DNA from: a virus
Length of the DNA stretch: 64,000 nt
Virus record (IMG/VR): IMGVR_UViG_3300035565_000042
Coordinates: 1 to 64,000 of that record
Direction: 5' to 3' (one strand)
This document shows, piece by piece, positions 56,496 through 64,000 of the stretch. The translations under genes were made by a program, and so were the position numbers. The number at the start of each line of letters is the position of its first letter. The first letter of the stretch is position 1. The notes below the pieces were generated by a model. It saw only the letters and a program-made list of their open reading frames with translations, was not told where the DNA came from and made no database searches.

Positions 56496-56540
56496 AGCCC
56501 GGAAAGAGTATATTCTGCCGGGCTTATTTTTTTATTTTTT
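56496..56540 (+). terminator. Intrinsic terminator
   Basis: AGCCCGG...CCGGGCT followed by long T runs. Confidence 0.8.
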
Positions 56541-56561
56541 GAACCATTAATTGTTATTGTT

Positions 56562-57587
56562 ATGCATATCAGTAAATTTAAACTCATCCGCGGTGGATTG
56601 GATGGAGTAGTAATCTCCGCAATCGAACCGATACCTTGCAAGGGTAACATGCTTATTCTTGATGAGGTACAAAGAACACGCAAGGTGACCCTGTCATCAG
56701 AACTTCGCGAGAAAATCCAGAACCTGAAGTACTTTTATCTCAACCTGACGAGCCACTGGATCCCGCCTTACAACAAGTATTTTGATCTGAACAAGTATGT
56801 GCCAAACATCGTCGACACTACTGCAGAGATGCCTCAGGGCCAGACATTGCTTCATGACATCTGGAACCATACCGAGATAACCGGAGTATCAGTTACCGAT
56901 CATGGTTTCGTTATAACCGGTGCAATAGAGACTGTTGAACTCAAGAAGATCGGTATCGTGACTCCGTATATCACGGAAGAAGATGATGTATCATTCTTCA
57001 TCACGGCCATGGATAAGATCAATGAGATCATGAAAGACCTGGTATTCAATCTTGAGAACAATATGCTTCCGGCACATGAAAGCAAGGAGACTCTCATGGC
57101 CCTGAATATTCCTACTGAGGAAAAGATGACCGAAGATGAAGTTCTTGAGAAAGTCATCAACCGGCTTATGGATCGTGGGGCTGTCATTCTCATGGATGAT
57201 AGTGGTTCTCCACAGAAAGAGATACAGGAAAAATCTGAAGGAAAGAGTGAGAAAAAGACCAAGGTTCATACCAACACTAAAAGTATCGACTCTCATAATA
57301 TGCCTGACGCTGTCGAAACAACTGAGAAGACAACGGAAGAAGCTAACGAAGAAAAGAATGGAACACCAACTCCTGAAGTTATCAGGAAACCATCCAGTTC
57401 AACGCTTGCATCAGAGAAAGGATTTCCAGATCTGTCAGGAGACCGACCCTCACCAAATGAAGGCAGCCAGGAGTTTATTCCTGATGGTGGTTCTCTTGAG
57501 CATCTTGAGTTCTCAGACAACATGGGAATATCTCAGGAAGTAGGGCCGGATGATTATCCGAGTTCTCCGGAAGATCTTGATGAATAA
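56562..57587 (+). CDS. Hypothetical protein with acidic disordered tail (likely start MHISKF)
   Basis: The listed upstream start crosses a terminator; the ATG at 56562 follows an AT-rich leader. Confidence 0.65.
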   Translation: MHISKFKLIRGGLDGVVISAIEPIPCKGNMLILDEVQRTRKVTLSSELREKIQNLKYFYLNLTSHWIPPYNKYFDLNKYVPNIVDTTAEMPQGQTLLHDIWNHTEITGVSVTDHGFVITGAIETVELKKIGIVTPYITEEDDVSFFITAMDKINEIMKDLVFNLENNMLPAHESKETLMALNIPTEEKMTEDEVLEKVINRLMDRGAVILMDDSGSPQKEIQEKSEGKSEKKTKVHTNTKSIDSHNMPDAVETTEKTTEEANEEKNGTPTPEVIRKPSSSTLASEKGFPDLSGDRPSPNEGSQEFIPDGGSLEHLEFSDNMGISQEVGPDDYPSSPEDLDE

Positions 57588-57594
57588 TTAAACC

Positions 57595-58479
57595 ATGGAT
57601 AACGATATTTTCATCCAGTCTGAAGTTGACTTCGATCCAAAGAAACATACATATACATCAGTACAGGAAGGATTCGAATATACCAGTGTCACGCGTCTTT
57701 TAAGCAGTATACAGGTTCCGTTTGATCGGGAAGCAACTGCAAGACGCATGGCAACTGGTATTGCTGCAGAAGAAGGAGGTAGTGCAGAGGATGCTTATAA
57801 TGATATCATCAAGGGATGGAATGATTCTCTGAAAGGATCTATTGATAAAGGAGATTATCTGCATGATGGACTCGAGAAGTTTGTGAAGACTGGAATGGTT
57901 GCTGAAGAGGAACTGAAGAAACCGGTAACATTTCTTTCGCCAATATTGAAAGAGTATTACAGGTTCTATCCGGAAGTCACGCTTCATTCTAATGATCACA
58001 AAGTAGCCGGCAGGACTGATCTGATCTTGCAAAGGCAGAAGACAAAGAATTCAGTGTTTGACTTCATTGATTACAAAACAAATATGTCAAAAGGAATTGT
58101 CTATGACTCGATCAAAAGAAACACAACTCCAATTAAGCATTATAACCGGTTCCTGCTTCCACCATTCGATTATCTTGAGGACTGCAACTATGTAATCGAT
58201 TCACTTCAACTGAGTATCTACGCATTCATGGCAATGACCAGGTTAAACCTAAGAGTTGGCAAACTCAGGATCATTTTCTTTGATAACAATTTTGATGGTC
58301 ATATCATTCCGGTGCCATTTATGTACCAGGAAGCAAAGATGCTTTGTGAACTCAATGTATCGAGAAAGCAACTTCCGGAATTTAATTTGATGCCCAAACT
58401 TATTCCGGACAATGTAATCCATGATATTCCGAAACCATATGAACCATTTGATCCAGCAAATGTAAGGGAGAATTGGTAA
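57595..58479 (+). CDS. PD-(D/E)xK exonuclease (Cas4/lambda-exo-like)
   Basis: FDPKKHTY, YTSVT, KGDYLH, VAGRTDL, IDYKTN, LQLSIY. Confidence 0.85.
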   Translation: MDNDIFIQSEVDFDPKKHTYTSVQEGFEYTSVTRLLSSIQVPFDREATARRMATGIAAEEGGSAEDAYNDIIKGWNDSLKGSIDKGDYLHDGLEKFVKTGMVAEEELKKPVTFLSPILKEYYRFYPEVTLHSNDHKVAGRTDLILQRQKTKNSVFDFIDYKTNMSKGIVYDSIKRNTTPIKHYNRFLLPPFDYLEDCNYVIDSLQLSIYAFMAMTRLNLRVGKLRIIFFDNNFDGHIIPVPFMYQEAKMLCELNVSRKQLPEFNLMPKLIPDNVIHDIPKPYEPFDPANVRENW

Positions 58480-59009
58480 TGAGTGTATTTAAAATAAATA
58501 AGGAATATACGGCAGTCCTCAACCCAGAGGCTGCCAAACTTGTTCCTGAGCTATCAGGACTCAGTCCGGATGAACTTCTGTATGTCATCCTTGTTGCAGA
58601 CTATGCTGATGGTCCATACCGTAAGAGACCACCAGAGGAAAGACGTACACTTGCCCTAAAGCATGTTTTTGGAGCCAAGCAAGTCAATCTGGATAATCAA
58701 AGGATCTATGATGCTCTTGATGCTTACAAGAGTCTTGTATTTGATATCCGGAGAGAAACACTTGATATTCTCAAACAAAAAGCACAACTATATCATAAGG
58801 AACTTCTGAATCCAAATATTGAATTCAAAAGGATGAAGGAACTTGACCAGGCAATTCAGTACATTGAGGATCGCATTGAGAAGATTGAGACAAGTCTTTC
58901 AACTGATGATATCACTGAGATGGAACTCAAAGGGCAAAAGAAACTTTCATTCCTTGAAATCTGGCAGAGAAGACAGAAAGAGTATAAGAAATTCAAAGAG
59001 ACAACATGA
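58473..59009 (+). CDS. Hypothetical protein upstream of terminase (candidate small subunit)
   Basis: Helical; ADY.GPY motif; ATGA-coupled to terL. Confidence 0.45.
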   Translation: MVMSVFKINKEYTAVLNPEAAKLVPELSGLSPDELLYVILVADYADGPYRKRPPEERRTLALKHVFGAKQVNLDNQRIYDALDAYKSLVFDIRRETLDILKQKAQLYHKELLNPNIEFKRMKELDQAIQYIEDRIEKIETSLSTDDITEMELKGQKKLSFLEIWQRRQKEYKKFKETT

Positions 59010-61153
59010 TAGGAAATGTTTATGTTCCAGAGATTAAGAAGCATGGGTTCTGTCCGAATCCTGTTGCTGGCAACATACCTATTTATGCTGACTCGATAAC
59101 GAATCCGAAATGCATAGGCACACTTGCTTATGAAGAGTTTTGGAACGAACAGATAAACCGTTGCATTAATGGTTATGATACCGCAGGAGTTCATATCTCT
59201 GGGCGGTATTATTTTTTTCTGAACTTTAAGATACTTCCAGGACTTAAAGGGCCCCAATACCCTTTCTTCGTAGATATGCAGAAAGAATACTTTGATCTGA
59301 TCGAATGGGTTAAAAAAAACAGAAAACCGGGCATAGTAGGCCTGAAAGCTCGTAGGAAAGGACTATCTGAGATTGAGGAAACCATCCTTGCTCATGGTAT
59401 CCGGTTTATAGAGGACTATAGAGCTGCGGTAACTGCTGGCATGGAAACCTATGTGACAGGTATCAAAAATAAGTTTGAATATACCCAGAAAACGATTATT
59501 CAAGATCTCAGACTTTCGGTTCTTGAAAATAACGATAAGACATACAAGATTGGTTATGCAGTTCGTAACCCAATCGGAGGATTTGTCGAGGAAGGTTATG
59601 GAGGATTCCTATCATTTGAAACTATGTTCGACAATCCTACTAAACTTGAAGGTGAATATTTCCACGATGTCCTTTGTGAAGAGAGTGGCCGGTACAAGTA
59701 TCTTGGAAAGGTAATAACAAGTATTCAACCGGCTCTGGAGTTTGGTAGCCAGATGCTCGGAACATTCTATATCTATGGAACCGGAGGCAATATCCTGTCA
59801 ACATCAAAGGACTTCAAAGAAATCTGGGATCATGCAGAGGCAATGGGATTCGTTAAGTTCTGGGTTCCGGGAAGCAGAATGTATTATCCATTCTTTGGCA
59901 ATAATAAGGAAGAATTTTTTATAGATCCTGACAACGGAAGTAAAGTTGACTCAATGCCAAACCTTCGAAAGTTCTCAAAAGAACAGAGAATAGGAATGGA
60001 AGACACAAAGGCAGCTGAAGAATATATCATTCGTAAGCGCGTAGAATATGCCAAACTTCCAAACAAGAAAAAACTTAAGGAACATAACCAGGCATATCCT
60101 TTGACTATTGAAGAAGCTTTTACCTCAGGTGGATCTAATAACTTCAATGATGAAAAGATATATAACCAACTATTCGATATAGAGGGAGACCCTAATGCAT
60201 TCACTCCAGTAGTTCTTGAATGGGTAACTGATTCAACTGGGCAGAGACTCGAAGGTGAAGAAATGGTTGTAAAACACCGTCCAGCAACGGCAAATGATCC
60301 TGACTGGAAAATTGTATGGGTTTACCAGTTTCCAAAGAAAGAGATGCTTGATCTTGATATTGGAGGTATTGATGGTTATAACCAGGACCAGACGCAGACA
60401 TCTTCTTCACAGGGAGCCATGACTGTTGTCAGGCAGGGAAATAAAGTAAACATGGTTGGCGATGGTATTCATAAAGCTATTTATCCAGTTTGTCTTTATT
60501 ACAAACGGCCCCCGCGAAAGGAAGAGTTCTATGATGTCTGTTTGAAGATCTCAGTATGGTACCGGCTTATTCGAAATACAATGGCCAATGCTGAACAGGA
60601 TTTCGTCATAGACTACTTCATGAAGAATGGTGGAGCTCGTTATCTTTCTCCGCGTCCAAAAGCTTTTGACTCTCCAAAATCACAGCAAGTTCATAAACTT
60701 GGTGCAAAGATGACCGGATATTCGAAAGAAATTATCCTTGGTATTGTTCAGACATATGTTGAAAACTATATCGAACTTAACCGGTTTCCGGCAATGCTCA
60801 GAGATCTTCTTGCTTATGATGAGGAATATATCGGTACAGACTGGGACTCTGTAGATGCACTTGCATATGCTCTCATGCGTATAGAAGATATGAAGACAAG
60901 GCCGCGCAAGGCAGATGATGATGATAATTCTGATATCGAACCAGAATGGGGCAAAGACGAAGCCGGGAATCTTGTTATCAAGAATAAGGAAGTACTCATG
61001 GAAAAACCAAAAGAGAGAAAGAGTGACAAGGATGAAGAGACAAAAAACCTTGAGTATACAGGAAGATGGAAAGCGCAAGAATATAAAGAGAGAAAGAGAC
61101 AAGATGACAATGAGAGAAAACCTTTCGATTACGACGAGCATGAAGACAAATAA
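59006..61153 (+). CDS. terL: Terminase large subunit
   Basis: ISGRYYFFLNF, LKARRKGLS (Walker A), VLCEESG (Walker B), GTGG, YPLT.EEAF, GGIDGY.QD...SS.GA, DSVDA. Confidence 0.9.
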   Translation: MIGNVYVPEIKKHGFCPNPVAGNIPIYADSITNPKCIGTLAYEEFWNEQINRCINGYDTAGVHISGRYYFFLNFKILPGLKGPQYPFFVDMQKEYFDLIEWVKKNRKPGIVGLKARRKGLSEIEETILAHGIRFIEDYRAAVTAGMETYVTGIKNKFEYTQKTIIQDLRLSVLENNDKTYKIGYAVRNPIGGFVEEGYGGFLSFETMFDNPTKLEGEYFHDVLCEESGRYKYLGKVITSIQPALEFGSQMLGTFYIYGTGGNILSTSKDFKEIWDHAEAMGFVKFWVPGSRMYYPFFGNNKEEFFIDPDNGSKVDSMPNLRKFSKEQRIGMEDTKAAEEYIIRKRVEYAKLPNKKKLKEHNQAYPLTIEEAFTSGGSNNFNDEKIYNQLFDIEGDPNAFTPVVLEWVTDSTGQRLEGEEMVVKHRPATANDPDWKIVWVYQFPKKEMLDLDIGGIDGYNQDQTQTSSSQGAMTVVRQGNKVNMVGDGIHKAIYPVCLYYKRPPRKEEFYDVCLKISVWYRLIRNTMANAEQDFVIDYFMKNGGARYLSPRPKAFDSPKSQQVHKLGAKMTGYSKEIILGIVQTYVENYIELNRFPAMLRDLLAYDEEYIGTDWDSVDALAYALMRIEDMKTRPRKADDDDNSDIEPEWGKDEAGNLVIKNKEVLMEKPKERKSDKDEETKNLEYTGRWKAQEYKERKRQDDNERKPFDYDEHEDK

Positions 61154-61196
61154 AATATTTATTAACAATTGATAGTTATATGTCAGAATTTATTAT

Positions 61197-61204
61197 TATC
61201 TTTG
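61197..61204 (+). promoter_or_regulatory. Bacteroidota-type -7 element upstream of the portal gene
   Basis: TATCTTTG 16 nt before the ATG, preceded by ATTTATTAT. Confidence 0.6.
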
Positions 61205-61220
61205 ATCAAATTTTGCATAG

Positions 61221-63419
61221 ATGTTATTCCCGGATGTAACAAACATAGACTTCTCAGTCGATGGGAGTAAGAACAAGCACCTTCATCAAATGCTTGACTA
61301 TGCTGTCATGAGATGGTATGCCCGAGATGTCCGGTTACAGAAGATCGCTAAACTTTATGATGCTCACAATGGACTCATTGACTCCAGAGAAACTGAAGCG
61401 ATAACAAAACCATTCGGGAAAGAATCAAAAACCAAATATGTCAAGTACCGGTTGGGAAGGACAAAGCTCAAGCAACTCCATGGAGAATTTCTTGAGATCT
61501 CCTTAACTCCCACTGTTTCAACAGTTAACCGCGATGCTATCAACAAAAAAATGGCCAAGTACAAAGAGATACTTGGCCTTTCTCTTAGCAAACCATTCAT
61601 CGAAAGAGTTCGTCAGTTGGGATATAACGTATTCCCTGGAATGAAGTTACCGGACTATGATGACAAGAGTACCTGGAATATAAATAACTTCAAACTTGCC
61701 AATGAACTCATCATGCAAAAAATTCTTGATGATAAGATGGCAAACGAGAGACTGAAGACAATCTTCTATCAGAATTTCATTGATCTTACAATAACAGCTG
61801 AAATATTCGGAAAAGTTGAACGCAATGTCAATGGAGTCGATACATACCGGTTCATTCCGATGAAATATGCCATGTATGAAGAAAGTATCAATGATCCATT
61901 CCTTACACAGTCTCCATATCTTGGTGAAGTAAAACCAATGTTCTATCATGAGATAGCAACAAATAAGGAATTCAATCTTACTCCGGCCCAACTTGAAGAA
62001 CTTCGTCAGTCGTCACTTGCATATCATACAGACAATATCGGCCAGCGAGATATACAGACTCAGAAAGGAACTTATCTTATAAATACTTACAATATTCAGT
62101 GGAAAGGACTTGAGAAGGTAAGAGTTAAGATATCTCCGGTTGATGGATCAGATGAACCATTCAGATTGATCATAAGTGACGAATATTATAACGAACACCA
62201 GAAACAGATTGAGAAGGATGTTCGCAATGGAAAGTACACTATCGAAACTTATGAACGCGAAATACTCTGGGAAGCTACTCGCATAGGGCCGACTCTTTAT
62301 ACCCCTGCACGCAAGACAAAGAATCTTATTCAGCGCCTTAATGACAATAACAAATACAATGTCGATTATGACTTTTGTGGTATGTTATTCTGCACGATTG
62401 ATGGCACCAGAGTATCTCTTCAGGAAGTGATATATGAACTTGAAAAGATCTATGATGATCTTCGGTTCTATATCAACCGGGAGATGAAGAAACTGAAAGG
62501 CAATCTTGCTTACTTTGATGAAGCTTTCCGGCCCAAAGGAATGCGTTTCATTGATGTCATGAATTCTATTACCGAGGATGGTGTTATTCGGTTTAACTCG
62601 TCAGCTGAAGGAAATACATCAGGAACTGCATCCGATAGTGACAAGGTAGGTATCGGAGCAATCAATCTTGGTCAGAATCAAAATTTGATGGTTCTTCTTA
62701 ACCAGGCAATGGATGTCGAGAGAGTCATGGATCGCATTACAGGAATGAATGATAATCGCCAGGGACTATCAAGACCTACAACAACTGCAACAGCAAACGT
62801 CAACAGTATTGACGCCTCAAGATCGATGACATACGATCTTTTTTACTTTATGCAGGAATATGTAGAAAGAACACTTACCAAACTTGTTGAGAAGACAAAA
62901 ATCAATAAGACTTATTATGGAGAGGATAACCGTCAGTTCATTATGGATGATGGCGAGCTCCTGTACATGATGTCAACAAAAGACCTGACATTTGATAACT
63001 ATGGAGTAACGATAACAGATGGACGCAAAGAGAAAGATATTCTTGCCAAGATCGAAACGTTATTCCCTCAGGAGATCAATGCCAGAAATATCCGGACAAC
63101 CGATATTGCCAAGTTCTGGATGGAGAGTTCCTATTCTGCAGCTATTCGTGTTCTTGATAATGCTCATGATGAAATGGCCAAGATCCGTGAGAAAGAGATC
63201 AATCTCAAACAGCAAAGCGCAATGGCTAATATCCAGTCTCAGGAACAACAGCAACAGCAAATGCTCGCTTCTGAACAGGAACATGATAAGGATATGGCAT
63301 TACTCCGTGGTGAGATTGACAAGGAAGAGATACAGCTTGAAGAAGGATTAAAATCGAACAGGGATACAGCTAATATAGCCGGTAAGTCGGCACTACAGGC
63401 AACAAAACCTGTTAAGTAG
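61221..63419 (+). CDS. Portal protein
   Basis: 732 aa directly after terL; KLKQLHGEF, ITGMNDNRQG...TAT, Gln/Glu-rich C-terminal coiled coil. Confidence 0.85.
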   Translation: MLFPDVTNIDFSVDGSKNKHLHQMLDYAVMRWYARDVRLQKIAKLYDAHNGLIDSRETEAITKPFGKESKTKYVKYRLGRTKLKQLHGEFLEISLTPTVSTVNRDAINKKMAKYKEILGLSLSKPFIERVRQLGYNVFPGMKLPDYDDKSTWNINNFKLANELIMQKILDDKMANERLKTIFYQNFIDLTITAEIFGKVERNVNGVDTYRFIPMKYAMYEESINDPFLTQSPYLGEVKPMFYHEIATNKEFNLTPAQLEELRQSSLAYHTDNIGQRDIQTQKGTYLINTYNIQWKGLEKVRVKISPVDGSDEPFRLIISDEYYNEHQKQIEKDVRNGKYTIETYEREILWEATRIGPTLYTPARKTKNLIQRLNDNNKYNVDYDFCGMLFCTIDGTRVSLQEVIYELEKIYDDLRFYINREMKKLKGNLAYFDEAFRPKGMRFIDVMNSITEDGVIRFNSSAEGNTSGTASDSDKVGIGAINLGQNQNLMVLLNQAMDVERVMDRITGMNDNRQGLSRPTTTATANVNSIDASRSMTYDLFYFMQEYVERTLTKLVEKTKINKTYYGEDNRQFIMDDGELLYMMSTKDLTFDNYGVTITDGRKEKDILAKIETLFPQEINARNIRTTDIAKFWMESSYSAAIRVLDNAHDEMAKIREKEINLKQQSAMANIQSQEQQQQQMLASEQEHDKDMALLRGEIDKEEIQLEEGLKSNRDTANIAGKSALQATKPVK

Positions 63420-63451
63420 TTTTATTTATTTTTTTTAAACTAATAGTTGTT

Positions 63452-64000
63452 ATGGCAGAGAAAGACGATAAAATGTCTATGACCGATGAAGATGATTTCG
63501 ACATAGGCGCCCTGAAGACGGGTAAGAAAGAAGAAGAACTTGAAAAGAGTGATGAAAAAGAAAAAGTCGACGAAGAGAAGAAAGATGAAGGGAAGGAAAA
63601 GGTAGACGAAGGAAAAGAAAAAGTCGATGAAGGAAAGAAATCATCAGACAAGGAAGACAAAGACGATAAAAGCAAAGAGAAGAAAGACGAAAAAAAGAAT
63701 GAAGAACCTGAGGATCTCTTTGTAGACAAGGATGACAAGAAAGAAGGAAAACGCAAGACTTTAAAGGAAATAGGAAAGAAACTTGACGTTGACCTTGAAA
63801 AAGACGATGATGATGAAGAATTCGAAAGGAAGATCGCAGAGAAACTCGCAAAGAGCCGCCAGGATGTTAATCTTGATGGTTATTCTGATGATGCGAAGGC
63901 CCTCATCAAACACCTAAATGAGAATGGTGGTGATGTCGAATCATTTTTCACAAACAAGAATATAATTGGATTACAAAGCGTTCTTTCACTTGATGCAGAA
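63452..64000 (+). CDS. Acidic low-complexity protein, 3'-truncated (scaffold-like gene after portal), not in the ORF track
   Basis: MAEKDDKMSMTDEDDFD... open to the window end; KEKVDE three times; position between portal and expected capsid gene. Confidence 0.7.
   Translation, partial: MAEKDDKMSMTDEDDFDIGALKTGKKEEELEKSDEKEKVDEEKKDEGKEKVDEGKEKVDEGKKSSDKEDKDDKSKEKKDEKKNEEPEDLFVDKDDKKEGKRKTLKEIGKKLDVDLEKDDDDEEFERKIAEKLAKSRQDVNLDGYSDDAKALIKHLNENGGDVESFFTNKNIIGLQSVLSLDAE

Noticed and set aside
3855-63419. Introns, inteins or homing endonucleases in vRNAP, helicase, terminase or portal
   Set aside because: These ORFs are uninterrupted and I saw no intein, LAGLIDADG, HNH or GIY-YIG signatures.
1-64000. 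Stop-codon reassignment as in some crAss-like phages
   Set aside because: Genes are full length in code 11, and both TAG (3848, 63419) and TGA end genes at clean boundaries.
1-64000. Prophage or host chromosomal DNA
   Set aside because: No integrase, att-like junction or housekeeping operon; the host-like genes (ung, radC, DnaA domain IV) are embedded in phage operons.

Overview
This 64 kb window is most of the genome of a large lytic Bacteroidota podovirus of the crAss-like (Crassvirales-type) kind, read in standard code 11. It has three blocks. (1) 1-23.4 kb, + strand: two probable ejection/cargo proteins, a 4820-aa virion RNA-polymerase polyprotein (DFDGD catalytic loop, zincin HExxH and PD-(D/E)xK domains) and tail-fibre genes. 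(2) 23.4-54.6 kb, - strand: replication genes (Ung, NinB-like, SSB-like, TOPRIM 'Mini-A', primase-helicase, SF2 helicase, stand-alone DnaA domain IV; no recognisable DNA polymerase) plus many small, presumably early genes including RadC/JAB, KTSC, PcfJ, PcfK/AcrIIA9-like, DUF932 and a permuted GHKL ATPase. (3) 54.7-64 kb, + strand: nuclease, terminase, portal and a truncated acidic protein. The most interesting signals are non-coding and lie at 50.6-56.3 kb: a candidate sRNA whose seed is complementary to a leader motif shared by several minus-strand genes; DnaA-box-like repeats beside an AT-rich tract, with one copy upstream of the phage's own DnaA-domain gene; two ~70% identical OB-fold-like paralogues in self-contained transcription units; and several structured-RNA candidates. 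All assignments come from motif recognition by eye; no database searches were run.
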